In this document: piece by piece, positions 1 through 10,428 of the stretch
How the letters are laid out: each line of letters begins with the position of its first letter
How positions within the stretch are numbered: position 1 is the stretch's first letter
Origin: Acholeplasmataceae bacterium
Lineage (GTDB): Bacteria > Bacillota_I > Bacilli_A > Acholeplasmatales > Acholeplasmataceae
Assembly (NCBI GenBank): GCA_963667565.1
Contig: OY763415.1
Span: 32,001 to 96,000 of the forward strand
Length of the DNA: 64,000 nt
Direction: 5' to 3'
Notes under the pieces: model-generated
Databases searched by the model: none
What the model was told of the DNA's origin: nothing
What the model saw: only the letters and a program-made list of their open reading frames with translations
Translations under genes and position numbers: made by a program

Positions 1-2
1 AA

Positions 3-74
3 ATGTTAAATGAAAAAGAAGCGAAAATTCTCTATGATGCTTATGCATATGTAAAAGAATACGCAAACAAATAA
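3..74 (+). CDS. 3' end of a CDS truncated by the window edge
   Basis: Frame reads ...MLNEKEAKILYDAYAYVKEYANK* and is followed directly by a terminator hairpin. Confidence 0.55.
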   Translation: MLNEKEAKILYDAYAYVKEYANK

Positions 75-103
75 CAAAAAAGACCTAAAAATTAGGTCTT
101 TTT
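75..103. terminator. Bidirectional intrinsic terminator
   Basis: aaaaaagacct-aaaaatt-aggtcttttt between convergent genes. Confidence 0.8.
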
Positions 104-119
104 CATTTTCAAAATTCAA

Positions 120-290
120 TTAAACTTCGATAATTGCGTCTGCTGGACAAACCGCTTGACAAGCTCCACAGTCAATGCAGATATCTTCGTCGATCACGTA
201 GATTGGGTCGCCTTCAGAGATACAATCAACTGGACATTCAGGTACGCATGCTCCGCATGCAATACAATCATCATTAATACGTCTTGGCAT
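120..290 (-). CDS. 2x[4Fe-4S] ferredoxin
   Basis: CIACGACVPECP and CIDCGACQAVCP motifs; start placed at MPRRI downstream of a GGAGG RBS. Confidence 0.92.
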   Translation of the reverse strand: MPRRINDDCIACGACVPECPVDCISEGDPIYVIDEDICIDCGACQAVCPADAIIEV

Positions 291-435
291 GATAGTTACC
301 TCCCTTATCAATTAAGATTAACCCCATTTTATAACAATAATTGAATAATGTAAATACAATATGAGATTTTTTAATCATAAATAAAAATACTATAAATAAG
401 AAATAGTGTTATAATATGTATGGAAATTATTCAAG

Positions 436-1236
436 GTGGGGATTCTTATGTCAAAGACATATAGATACAGACAGTCAATTCTTATTTTTAAGTATGTCAT
501 GATTGCTGTTTTCTTTACATTTATTGTTTTATCTACATTAAACTTTCAAAACGAACATTTCTCAAGTTATATATATTTGTTATTAGCTTTAATATCACTA
601 CCAATCATTTACTACACTTCATTATTAGGCGATACTGAAATATCACTAACAGAAGAAGAGATAGTTTTTTTGTGTAATAAAAAGAAAATTGCAATTAAAT
701 ACAAAGATATTACAAAAATTGATGTCGTCAGTTTAGAAAAATTTGGTGGTTATATTCACATCTATGGTTTTGAGATAGCCCCTATATATATATCAATTAG
801 ATTAGAAGATCTAGATGATTTACTTCGAAGACTTTATCAAAAACTTTTGAAAATTGAACATCACGAGACTAAAAACGACAGATTGTTTGATTTTTATAAA
901 ATTGCTATAGAAGTTAAGTATCAACATAACAGACTTAAAAAAATCATTAAATATTTTTTATTTTATTTAATTTTAAACCTCGCATATATATTTGTAGTCA
1001 CACAAGCAGATGTAAGAGGGATGGTTATTACATTGTTCTTTGGATATTTAGTCACTTGTTTAATCGCTTATGTATTTATTGAGTTACGCTTTTATTCACC
1101 AAAAGTACACACCATTCAGTTAAGTCAAAATCAAAAAGTTGTCGATCAAAGTAAAACCCATGATTTATTATTCTATGTTTGGTTAGGTTTATCGTTTATT
1201 CATTTGATTACCATCTGCATCATCACACTCATCTAA
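436..1236 (+). CDS. Hypothetical multi-pass membrane protein with a PH-like soluble domain
   Basis: Hydrophobic segments flank 'ISLTEEEIVF...IKYKDITKI'; TGtTATAAT upstream; start may be the ATG at 448. Confidence 0.6.
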   Translation: MGILMSKTYRYRQSILIFKYVMIAVFFTFIVLSTLNFQNEHFSSYIYLLLALISLPIIYYTSLLGDTEISLTEEEIVFLCNKKKIAIKYKDITKIDVVSLEKFGGYIHIYGFEIAPIYISIRLEDLDDLLRRLYQKLLKIEHHETKNDRLFDFYKIAIEVKYQHNRLKKIIKYFLFYLILNLAYIFVVTQADVRGMVITLFFGYLVTCLIAYVFIELRFYSPKVHTIQLSQNQKVVDQSKTHDLLFYVWLGLSFIHLITICIITLI

Positions 1237-1586
1237 AAGCCTAGAACCGTGGATAAACCCATGATTTCATGGCTTTTTTTATCTTATTTAAGACATGGTG
1301 AATATAGAAGACTAGTTTAAATTCAATCGCATTGATGAAGACATTGAGCTTATGATATGTGTGTTTTAATGATGATTGCAAAACATCATTAAAGATGTAT
1401 TTAGGTCACAATTTTATGGTGTCATGAGGTTTTCATTAAAGTAATTTTTTGTTATATTTATAAATATTTATTCAAACACGAACTAAATTCCTCGTGTTTT
1501 TTATTTTATATGAATAAAAATCATTAAAAAACCAATAAAAATGAACAATAAACAGTATATAAGATAAACGTACTGGAGGTTTTGAC

Positions 1587-2993
1587 ATGTTAAAAAGATC
1601 ATGGATTAGCGTTTATAAAAACAAGGGTAGAACCATTATTTTATCGGTTTTACTATTTGTCATCGCTAATTTAGTTTTATCAAGTATTACGATTAAAGCA
1701 GCAACCGAAGAAGCGATGGATTTAGCTAGAATTTCTTTAGGTGCTGAAATTACACTTACGACCAATCGGACAGAAGTGATTGATTTTATTAGAAGCTATC
1801 GAGATGAATTTGGTGAAAGACCATCTAGTGATGTCATCAATAGTATGTTGCTTCCCATATCTTCTGATATTGCATATGATTTAGCAAGTAGTCCTTATGT
1901 GCTAGATTTTAATCTAAGCACATCGTTAAACGCAGATGCAAGTGATTTTTATGCATTAAGTTCTACAGAGGCATTAGATGAATCTGGGGCAACTAAAGTG
2001 AATTTGACAGGTACTTATAACCCATTACTCTTAGACCAATTTGGTGAATATGGAACGTATGAACTCACACCGTTGAGTTCAACTTTTGGTGGAGATGATC
2101 AAGATGTTGTTATCATTTCAGAAAATCTCGCATATCTTAATCAAATTTTGATAGGCGATACAATCACGATTTCTAATACAGATGCACTCACACAAACCAC
2201 ATACACTCAAACACTCACCGTTATTGGCCTATTTAACGACACATCAGTGATTACCTCATCGTCATCAAAAATTTCAGATAATGAAATGTTTATCCCACTT
2301 ACTAATTTATTAGGACTAGAAGGATTAACAACTGATGATGCATTTACAGTAACACTTGCTAAGTATTATTTAGATGACCCATTAAATATTGATTTATTTG
2401 TTAGTGATGCAACAAACACTTATGAAGAAATCAGTAGCGGTTCATTAACATTTAATGATGTGAGTTATGACGCAGTGATTGAACCTATTCAAAATGTTCA
2501 AGATTTTGCAGATATCTTTTTGATTTCGGTATCTATTGGAGCAATCATCATCTTATCACTTGTTATTTTTAACACATTAAAAGATAGAAAATACGAAATA
2601 GGTGTTTTATTATCGTTAGGTGAAGATAAACTCAAAATCATCTTCCAATATATCTTTGAGATTGTCTTAGTCGCTACACTTGTATTCTCACTTTCATCAG
2701 TATCATCTAATTTCATTAGTGATTATGTAGGTAATACACTGATTCAAAGTGAAATTACACAATTAGAAACGGATCAAACTGAGACAACAACATCATCAAA
2801 AGGTGGAGGAAGTGTAACCATGGTTGCACTTGAAAACATTGAATATGTGGATGAACTTAATGTGTCTGTAACGATTCAAGATTTTACAATGACATTAGGT
2901 ATTGGATTTATCATCATTATTTTATCAAGTGCAATTCCAAGCATCTACATTACAAGATACAATCCAAAGACTATATTGTCTTCAAGAAACTAG
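1587..2993 (+). CDS. MacB/FtsX-family ABC transporter permease (YclI-like)
   Basis: One N-terminal TM, large extracellular loop, 'DRKYEIGVLLSLG' FtsX motif, C-terminal TMs; GGAGG RBS. Confidence 0.88.
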   Translation: MLKRSWISVYKNKGRTIILSVLLFVIANLVLSSITIKAATEEAMDLARISLGAEITLTTNRTEVIDFIRSYRDEFGERPSSDVINSMLLPISSDIAYDLASSPYVLDFNLSTSLNADASDFYALSSTEALDESGATKVNLTGTYNPLLLDQFGEYGTYELTPLSSTFGGDDQDVVIISENLAYLNQILIGDTITISNTDALTQTTYTQTLTVIGLFNDTSVITSSSSKISDNEMFIPLTNLLGLEGLTTDDAFTVTLAKYYLDDPLNIDLFVSDATNTYEEISSGSLTFNDVSYDAVIEPIQNVQDFADIFLISVSIGAIIILSLVIFNTLKDRKYEIGVLLSLGEDKLKIIFQYIFEIVLVATLVFSLSSVSSNFISDYVGNTLIQSEITQLETDQTETTTSSKGGGSVTMVALENIEYVDELNVSVTIQDFTMTLGIGFIIIILSSAIPSIYITRYNPKTILSSRN

Positions 2994-3003
2994 GAGGGAT
3001 GTC

Positions 3004-3711
3004 ATGAACGAACTATTAACAGTAAACAATTTATATCATAGATATCAAGATGGATCTAAGACAAGAGCGGTATTAAAAGATGTTAATTTAACATTTGAAA
3101 CTGGAAAAATGTATGCGATTGTTGGGTCTTCAGGATCTGGAAAAACAACATTATTATCACTGATTGGTGGACTTGATGATGTTCAAGAAGGAGATATTAT
3201 CTATGACGGACAATCACTTAAAAAAATTGGATTAACCAATTATAGAAAAAACAATGTCAATATTATTTTTCAATCATATAATTTAATCAAATATATGAAT
3301 GCTATTCAAAATGTTGTAGTAGCTATGGATATCAAAAAAGTTAAAGATGTTGATAAAAAGAAAAAAGCGTTGGATATATTAAATGAATTAGGTATTGATG
3401 ATGATACCGCTAAAAGAGATATTTTAAAAATTAGTGGTGGTGAACAACAAAGAGTTGCGATTGCAAGAGCACTTGCACATAATTCAAGCTTAATCATGGC
3501 AGATGAGCCTACAGGTAATCTTGATGATGAAACCGAAGAAGAAATCATTGATATCTTTAAAAAATTAGCTAAAGAGGGTAAATGCGTCATTATTGTTACA
3601 CACTCATCAAGTGTGGCAAAACAAGCTGATGTCATTTATGCCATTACTAAAGGTAAAATAGAGAAAGTTGATCCACAAGTGATCACTGCTCCAGAGCTCA
3701 TTTTATCTTAA
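3004..3711 (+). CDS. ABC transporter ATP-binding protein (LolD/YclH-like)
   Basis: GSSGSGKT, ISGGEQQR, ADEPTGNLD, VTH; start at ATG 3004 after GGAGG. Confidence 0.93.
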   Translation: MNELLTVNNLYHRYQDGSKTRAVLKDVNLTFETGKMYAIVGSSGSGKTTLLSLIGGLDDVQEGDIIYDGQSLKKIGLTNYRKNNVNIIFQSYNLIKYMNAIQNVVVAMDIKKVKDVDKKKKALDILNELGIDDDTAKRDILKISGGEQQRVAIARALAHNSSLIMADEPTGNLDDETEEEIIDIFKKLAKEGKCVIIVTHSSSVAKQADVIYAITKGKIEKVDPQVITAPELILS

Positions 3712-3722
3712 TAAAAACCATT

Positions 3723-3760
3723 AAAAATCTATGTAGATGAGAGAGACTACATAGATTTTT
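3723..3760 (+). terminator. Intrinsic terminator
   Basis: aaaaatctatgtag...ctacatagattttt hairpin. Confidence 0.7.
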
Positions 3761-3850
3761 AATTTATGAATTATCTAAGATTATATGATTTTTACGAATT
3801 TAAGGTTCGGTTCATATCATCAATTTAAACACTACATTAAATGAGGAGAA

Positions 3851-5734
3851 ATGCCCATGGCTTCGTTGTTAAGAATTGCTAATATTGAGAAAAGTTATTA
3901 TATAACAAAAACTCAAAAACAAGATGTATTAAAAGGGATTAATGCGGAATTTGATCGAGGGGAATTTGTTGCTTTACTTGGGGAATCTGGATGTGGTAAA
4001 TCAACATTAATTAATATTTTAGGTGGACTAGATAGTGAATATACTGGAAGTGTCGTTGTTAAAGGACAGTTTTTAAGAGACTTCAATCAAAAGGAAATGG
4101 ATGATTATCGTAAAAAAAGAGTAGGACTCATCTTCCAAAACTATAACTTAATTAGTCATATGACGATATTAGAAAATGTTGATATATCCATGCAAATGAG
4201 TGATATTGAAGAAAAGACGAGACATGAAAGAGCTATGGATTTACTCAATCTTGTAGGATTATCTGATCATGCTCAAAAACTACCATCACAATTATCAGGT
4301 GGACAAAAACAAAGAGTAGCAATTGCTAGAGCACTTGCAAACAATCCATCGATTCTCTTAGCAGATGAACCTACGGGTGCACTTGATAAAGAGTCTGCAG
4401 ATATTATTTTACAAATATTAAAAAAGATCGTTGAATCAGGAAAATTAGTCATTATCGTAACACATAGTGAACTTGTCGCAAGCCACTGTAGCCGCATTGT
4501 CAAAATCGATGACGGTATTATTATCTCTGATGAAAGTAAGTATAAATTAAACGTTAAAGATAAATACGAGAAAGTCATTATGCCTAAACCTATTAAGACT
4601 AAGGATTTATCTAAATTATCACTTAGAAATCTCATCCAAACAAGAAGTAGGAGCTTACTTGTTTCTATTGGTATGTCCATTGGGATTGCTGCTGTTGTGA
4701 TTATCTTGGCGTTAGGTAAGGGACTCACGGATTATGTCACTGAGGTCTATGCTGATAATTTGCAATCTACGCAAATCACTGTAACACAAGATGATTATGA
4801 AGATTTTACATCAACTCAAATCGCAACAATTGATGATTTAGAAGGTGTAATAGATGTGATCTCATCATATATGATTACAACAGCAAGATATTCATATGGT
4901 GATGTTGTTGATGATAATGTTGGTAAATTAAGTGCATTCTATGATGATTTTTATCCAACAATAATTTATGGTGTGATGGGTGATGAAGGAACAATGATGA
5001 TTAATGAATCATTTGCAACTGCATTATCAGAAGATAGTATATTAGGTGCGATAGGTACTGATGTCACGATATCATATGGAACAAAAGATTATACGTTTAC
5101 GATTACAGGTATTTATGATGATCAATCCGCAGGAAGTGCTAAATATAATGCTTTAATCACAAGTGATGACTTAGATTTATATGCAACGCCTTATGAACTT
5201 GATGAAAATATTTTATATATTTCACTTAGTGACGTAACATATATTGAACCAGTTCTTGATGATTTGTCTCATTTAGGATTTGAAACATATCAAGATGATA
5301 GTTCTGCACAAACAGTGTTAAATTATATCAATTTAGGTACTAAGGTATTAACTGGAGTCGGTGCGATTTCTATGGTAGTTGCTGCTATCATGATTTTCAT
5401 CGTATTATATATAAGTATTGTTGAAAGAACAAAAGAAATTGGGATTTTGCGTGCAATTGGCGCTCAAAAGAAAGACATCAGAAGGATGTTTATCTTTGAA
5501 GCTGCTATGCTTGGTGTCGCAGGCGGTATCATCGGAACTGTGTTTGCAATCATTGTCACAATTTTAACCAATAGCATCACAAACTTATCACTACAAACAA
5601 CATTAATAAGTTATAATGTTTTCTATTATGTGATGGGCATTTTATTAAGTGTTTTTGTGAGCGTACTAGCGGGTATATCCCCCTCCATTAAGGCATCAGA
5701 TCTTGATCCTGTTGAAGCACTACGTTATGAGTGA
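3851..5734 (+). CDS. MacB-like fused ABC ATPase/permease
   Basis: GESGCGKST, LSGGQKQR, ADEPTGALD, then FtsX domain 'ERTKEIGILRAIGA' and 'DPVEALRYE'. Confidence 0.92.
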   Translation: MPMASLLRIANIEKSYYITKTQKQDVLKGINAEFDRGEFVALLGESGCGKSTLINILGGLDSEYTGSVVVKGQFLRDFNQKEMDDYRKKRVGLIFQNYNLISHMTILENVDISMQMSDIEEKTRHERAMDLLNLVGLSDHAQKLPSQLSGGQKQRVAIARALANNPSILLADEPTGALDKESADIILQILKKIVESGKLVIIVTHSELVASHCSRIVKIDDGIIISDESKYKLNVKDKYEKVIMPKPIKTKDLSKLSLRNLIQTRSRSLLVSIGMSIGIAAVVIILALGKGLTDYVTEVYADNLQSTQITVTQDDYEDFTSTQIATIDDLEGVIDVISSYMITTARYSYGDVVDDNVGKLSAFYDDFYPTIIYGVMGDEGTMMINESFATALSEDSILGAIGTDVTISYGTKDYTFTITGIYDDQSAGSAKYNALITSDDLDLYATPYELDENILYISLSDVTYIEPVLDDLSHLGFETYQDDSSAQTVLNYINLGTKVLTGVGAISMVVAAIMIFIVLYISIVERTKEIGILRAIGAQKKDIRRMFIFEAAMLGVAGGIIGTVFAIIVTILTNSITNLSLQTTLISYNVFYYVMGILLSVFVSVLAGISPSIKASDLDPVEALRYE

Positions 5735-5746
5735 TGGTGATCATTG

Positions 5747-6589
5747 ATGGGACAAAGACTAACAAAAAGACAAAAAATACAAAAAAAACAAACCAAAAAA
5801 GCACGCAAAATTAGACAACTAGAAAAAATGGATGCGAAAGGGATCAGTAGAAAAAGATGGAGATTTAAATACTCACCAGATAAATTCATAAAAATAAAAG
5901 CAATTTTAATCATACTTATTCCAATCATCTATTTCATATATTCACCATTGTTGGTTGTTGTAATGATTTTATATATTGCAATGTTTTATTTAGCGATTGC
6001 TACTGAAAGAACGCTTAATAAAAGTGTGATTAAAAGTAATCATATTAAAATTCCAAAATTTGATAGTGCTATTGCGCTTGTTTTAGTCACTATTGCATTT
6101 TTAGGTTCAATTTTTGGATTAAGTGATGGGAAGATGGGAAGATTTGCCAATACACTATGGACAAAATTTTTATCCAGCTTAAAGAATTTTGGATCTTTAC
6201 TTACGGGTAAACGGACTTTAATAGGGGGTAAGAAAATATTTTTATTTGGAACTGCACCAACACCACCAGATGGCTTTATCGCTTCTGCATCTGATTTTCA
6301 AAATTTGATGGGAGGTATACCACAAGGCGGTGGAGGAAGACTAGATTTCAATCTTGATATGACAAATATACCCATTGAATTTATGTTTTCTCAAATATTA
6401 TCTACAGTACAAACAACGCTTGTATTTACAGTGATTGGTGTTGGCATATTTTCTATTTGGCTAACGCATAAAAAAATTAAGAAGTTCGAAATTGAAATCA
6501 ATGAAATCATCTCTGATGGGCATATCAAACTCATTAATGATGAAGATTTGAATAGAATCATTTCTTTTGGTATTGAAGAAGCCATTTAA
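5747..6589 (+). CDS. Hypothetical membrane protein with basic N-terminus
   Basis: ~280-aa ORF with several TM segments, 12 nt after the MacB-like gene. Confidence 0.7.
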   Translation: MGQRLTKRQKIQKKQTKKARKIRQLEKMDAKGISRKRWRFKYSPDKFIKIKAILIILIPIIYFIYSPLLVVVMILYIAMFYLAIATERTLNKSVIKSNHIKIPKFDSAIALVLVTIAFLGSIFGLSDGKMGRFANTLWTKFLSSLKNFGSLLTGKRTLIGGKKIFLFGTAPTPPDGFIASASDFQNLMGGIPQGGGGRLDFNLDMTNIPIEFMFSQILSTVQTTLVFTVIGVGIFSIWLTHKKIKKFEIEINEIISDGHIKLINDEDLNRIISFGIEEAI

Positions 6590-6689
6590 TTTTTTAATTT
6601 AATAAATTAAATATCACCCTTTTGTGGTGATTTTTAATGAAAATATAATATAATAAGAGTATGCTAAAACATATTTTAGGTGAAACCTT

Positions 6690-8354
6690 GTGAAAAAATT
6701 TCAAAATATACAACCTTATGTATTTTTAATTCTTACAATAGTTCTTATTGTATTTTTTGGTATATATTTTTCAGATAAAACGAATTCATCTATTGCATTA
6801 GAAAAAAGCGAATATAAATATCTAAATACTGGCTGGTATGTTTTAGATGATCAGGATCAAGTCGTCTATCTTGATGAATTTCCTATTTTAGACTATCCAA
6901 ATTCTAAAGATGAGATTACCATCTATCACATATTAGATGATGATTTTAAATCACAACAAACCATTTTAATAAGAACATCTCTTCAAGATGTCATTGTTTA
7001 TTTAGATGGTGAAGCCATCTATCAACATCTCACGGATGATTCAAAAAATCTACCATTAGCATCGTTATGGCATATGATTGACTTAAACGAAGACTCAGAT
7101 GGAAAAGTATTATCAATTACATATCATTCACCTTATGAACGATTTAATGGATACTTTAATCAGGTTGTATATGGTTCACCAGGAGATCTGCAATCATATT
7201 TGCTTGATACGTTTGGTTACCGACTTTTAATTGGATTAATCCTTTTTGTCACAGGACTCATGTTAATGATTATCAATCAATTTGTTGATAAAAAACATTC
7301 AACAGGTCGTGTTTATTTGGCAATGACCATTATGGTTGTTTCTGTGTGGATTATGATGGAATCTAAGATTGTTCAATTATATGTGCCATCCGAAGTTCTC
7401 ATTGGTAGTCTAGCTTACACTTCAATTGCAGCTATGGGATTGCCACTTGTTGCCTATATCAGGCAGCAAGTATCAGTAAAATTTAAGAAAGTTTATTTTG
7501 GTATGGCAATCTATTTCTCACTTCAATTTATAGCCATCATTGTGTTGCAAGCAACCGGAATTTATTCTTTTTATCAGACACTTTGGTTTGTTCAACTCTC
7601 CCTTGTCCTTAGTATCCTTTTAACACTTTTACTCATGTTTATTGAGTATTATAAATATCACAATAATCAATCAGTTAAGTTTTTAAAACATTTTATGGTG
7701 GTTATTTTATTTGCAGCGATTGAATTATTGAACTATTACTTTAGTGATTTTGGATTTACATCCGTCTATGGTGTATTTATCATGACAGCGTATTTACTCG
7801 TCATGCTCGTTAAATATGTCTTTGATATTCAGTATCGTTATCGCCTTAGTTATCAGTTAGAAGTTGTCAATCAGCTAGTTTATATCGATGCGCTTACTGG
7901 TGGTAAAAATAGATATGCATTTGAAACAGATTTCGAAAAAGATTTTGGAAATCAAAATGTCAATCATCAGTTAAGACTAGTTATCTTTGACTTTGATAAT
8001 TTCAAAGAGATCAATGATAACTTTGGTCATATTGAAGGTGATGAAACTTTAAAAACAGGTCTAAAAATTATTAAAGCATCTTTTGGAAAGTATGGAGAAT
8101 GTTATCGTTTAGGTGGAGACGAATTCGCATGTATCATGCATACAAACGATAAAAAAATCTATGCAGAATGTGTACAAGATTTAGATATTGCACTACACAA
8201 TGCTTTTGAAGCATCAACATATATGTTAGAAATTTCTATGGGATCTTCTATATTTGCATCTGGTAAATATGAAAAACCTAGTGATATGTTTAGACATGCT
8301 GATGAGTCAATGTATCAAAATAAACGTGACAAAAAATCAGATCAAAAGGAGTAA
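6690..8354 (+). CDS. Membrane diguanylate cyclase (extracellular domain + 7TM-like + GGDEF)
   Basis: DALTG..NR, DFDNFKEINDNFGHIEGD, RLGGDEF, ADESMY. Confidence 0.9.
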   Translation: MKKFQNIQPYVFLILTIVLIVFFGIYFSDKTNSSIALEKSEYKYLNTGWYVLDDQDQVVYLDEFPILDYPNSKDEITIYHILDDDFKSQQTILIRTSLQDVIVYLDGEAIYQHLTDDSKNLPLASLWHMIDLNEDSDGKVLSITYHSPYERFNGYFNQVVYGSPGDLQSYLLDTFGYRLLIGLILFVTGLMLMIINQFVDKKHSTGRVYLAMTIMVVSVWIMMESKIVQLYVPSEVLIGSLAYTSIAAMGLPLVAYIRQQVSVKFKKVYFGMAIYFSLQFIAIIVLQATGIYSFYQTLWFVQLSLVLSILLTLLLMFIEYYKYHNNQSVKFLKHFMVVILFAAIELLNYYFSDFGFTSVYGVFIMTAYLLVMLVKYVFDIQYRYRLSYQLEVVNQLVYIDALTGGKNRYAFETDFEKDFGNQNVNHQLRLVIFDFDNFKEINDNFGHIEGDETLKTGLKIIKASFGKYGECYRLGGDEFACIMHTNDKKIYAECVQDLDIALHNAFEASTYMLEISMGSSIFASGKYEKPSDMFRHADESMYQNKRDKKSDQKE

Positions 8355-8358
8355 ACAT

Positions 8359-8757
8359 ATGGAAAAACAAGTTAAAATGAAATTAAGTATTTATGCAGTT
8401 GATAAAATGTCTTTTATGTTAAATAAATCATTTAAATCAACACCAGGCGAAAAGATCCAGATAAAACCTATTTTTAATCGTGAGATTACTAAACTTGATC
8501 CAAATCGAATGATGTTAACCGTAAGTGTATCTTTAAATAATTTAGAAAAAGAAATTCCATTTTATTTAGATGTTCAAATTTCAGGTGTCTTTGAGTCGCC
8601 TGATTGGGAAGATCCTGAGACGAATCAATTTATCATTACGAATGCGACAAATGTCTTATATCCTTATTTAAGAACGATTGTCACAACACTGACGGCTAAT
8701 GGCAATGTACCACCATATATCTTACCAATAGTTAATGTTGAAGCGTTATTTCATTAA
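8359..8757 (+). CDS. SecB-like chaperone
   Basis: 'PFYLDVQISGVF' and 'NATNVLYPYLRTIVTTLTANGNVPPYILPIVN' resemble SecB-family C-termini; AAGGAG RBS. Confidence 0.75.
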   Translation: MEKQVKMKLSIYAVDKMSFMLNKSFKSTPGEKIQIKPIFNREITKLDPNRMMLTVSVSLNNLEKEIPFYLDVQISGVFESPDWEDPETNQFIITNATNVLYPYLRTIVTTLTANGNVPPYILPIVNVEALFH

Positions 8758-8831
8758 TCACAATAAAAAGAAAAAGTACTTATAAAAGCACTTTTTCTTT
8801 TTTTTAGGAGAGAGAGAAAAAATATATAAAA

Positions 8832-9749
8832 TTAAGATGCTACTTGATAAGTGATGTTTAAATTTTGACTATCAATGTAGTTCATCATAACATAACTAGG
8901 AATTGCGTAACCGAGATTTTCTGTACCTTCAGCAACCACTTTAAATGAAATGATACCAACGACATATCCATATTTATTAAGTAATGGGCCACCGGAATTA
9001 CCAGAATTAACGGCTGTATCGGTTTGAATAGCTTCAACGACTGTTCCATTGTCATCAAAATATCTAAGCGGAGCTGATACAACACCTGATGATACGGATA
9101 ATCCATATCCATTTGCATTACCAACTGCAATGACTGGTTCCCCATAAAATAACTTTATAGCATCTGTTGTATTATATAAAGATGAATCCGGATCAGTTAA
9201 ATCATAAAAAGTTAAATATTGTAAGTTGTCTATTAAGGTAGGGTCTACTTTAATGATGGCTAAATCAAGTGATTGATCATAAGTGATGATATCTGCAGGA
9301 AAAGTTGTATTAGAATCAGCATAATTGATTTTCACATCAACACTGTCATATGTAAAGTTTGATAAACTTTCATCATCTTCTAAAGTAACAACATGTGCGT
9401 TAGTCATTAAATATCCATCAGCATTAATGAAAAATGCTGTTGCCAGTGATTCAGCAGAACCACTAACTGTTTTTGAACTACTTCCAAATGGTGTGTATAC
9501 CACTTGTGTATATGAATATTCAAAATCGACTGTAACCTCTACAGTTGATGATAATGCAATAGCTGCATTAACAACTGTATCATTTCCTGAATCAGAGATG
9601 TAGGCATCAAAAGTATTTGTATCAAGACCATAAGTCACATCAATCGTCTTATTCGTTATAGCATTTATGGTGTCTGCTATTGAACTACATCCAACAAGTG
9701 ATAGCGATATGCCTATAAAAGTAACAACAATGAATAATTTTCTTTTCAT
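8832..9749 (-). CDS. HtrA/trypsin-like serine protease lipoprotein without PDZ domain
   Basis: Lipobox LVGC, TNAHVV, DLAIIK, QTDTAVNSGNSGGPL; ends without PDZ. Confidence 0.88.
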   Translation of the reverse strand: MKRKLFIVVTFIGISLSLVGCSSIADTINAITNKTIDVTYGLDTNTFDAYISDSGNDTVVNAAIALSSTVEVTVDFEYSYTQVVYTPFGSSSKTVSGSAESLATAFFINADGYLMTNAHVVTLEDDESLSNFTYDSVDVKINYADSNTTFPADIITYDQSLDLAIIKVDPTLIDNLQYLTFYDLTDPDSSLYNTTDAIKLFYGEPVIAVGNANGYGLSVSSGVVSAPLRYFDDNGTVVEAIQTDTAVNSGNSGGPLLNKYGYVVGIISFKVVAEGTENLGYAIPSYVMMNYIDSQNLNITYQVAS

Positions 9750-9929
9750 GATTTTATACCTCAACTGATCTGATGGCTTGATTATATACCTCTTGCGTAT
9801 GGATTTAAATGATTGTGAAAAGCTTCATATATATTGACACGGTTTCCCATGATTTAACCTTAATTGCATTAAATTTTGGTAAAGTAGTGTTATAATTCTA
9901 CATAGATATAGAGATAATGAGGGATAGTC

Positions 9930-10376
9930 ATGGAAGAAAATCAAAAGAAACAATTTAAAGATAGAGAAGGATTAATTCATTTTCTTAAATTTACAGGTTT
10001 TTCTATTTCTGCAGGTGCGATACAAATTGGAAGTTATGCAGTCTTATACAGTTGGTTACAAATTAGATATTGGCCATCATATTTGACCGCATTGATCTTA
10101 TCTGTTTTATGGAATTTTACATTAAATCGAAAATTTACATTTAAATCAGCAGCAAACATACCGGTTGCGATGACAAAGGTTGCAGTTTATTATGCGATTT
10201 TTACACCACTTTCAACATGGTGGGGTGATTATTTAGTTGAGGGTTTGCACTGGCCAGGATATCTTGTTTTATTTGGAACAATGGTCATCAACTTTGTGAC
10301 TGAATTTATTTATACAAAATATTTTGTTTATCATAATCAAATCAATACAGCTGTAATTTCAAGTGTAGAAGAATAA
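9930..10376 (+). CDS. GtrA family membrane protein
   Basis: 4 TMs, 'FLKF', 'WNFTLNRKFTFK'. Confidence 0.8.
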   Translation: MEENQKKQFKDREGLIHFLKFTGFSISAGAIQIGSYAVLYSWLQIRYWPSYLTALILSVLWNFTLNRKFTFKSAANIPVAMTKVAVYYAIFTPLSTWWGDYLVEGLHWPGYLVLFGTMVINFVTEFIYTKYFVYHNQINTAVISSVEE

Positions 10377-10379
10377 GAC

Positions 10380-10408
10380 TTGACAATCATTTTTGATTTT
10401 TTTATAAT
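10380..10408 (+). promoter_or_regulatory. Consensus sigma-A promoter of htpG
   Basis: TTGACA-17 nt-TATAAT. Confidence 0.8.
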
Positions 10409-10428
10409 GCTTAATGGGAGGCGAAATT

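Noticed and set aside
2902..3003. N-terminal extensions in the ORF track (also for secB-like, uraA, cysS, rplA, frnE-like, ywaF-like)
   Set aside because: Downstream ATGs with good RBS match the family N-termini, so starts were trimmed.
9813..9830. Rex-like site TTGTGAAAAGCTTCATAT upstream of the htrA-like/gtrA pair
   Set aside because: Two mismatches in an AT-rich background, and the flanking genes are not typical Rex targets.
10376..10428. CIRCE or CtsR operator for htpG
   Set aside because: Only a plain sigma-A promoter is present; no TTAGCACTC-N9-GAGTGCTAA.
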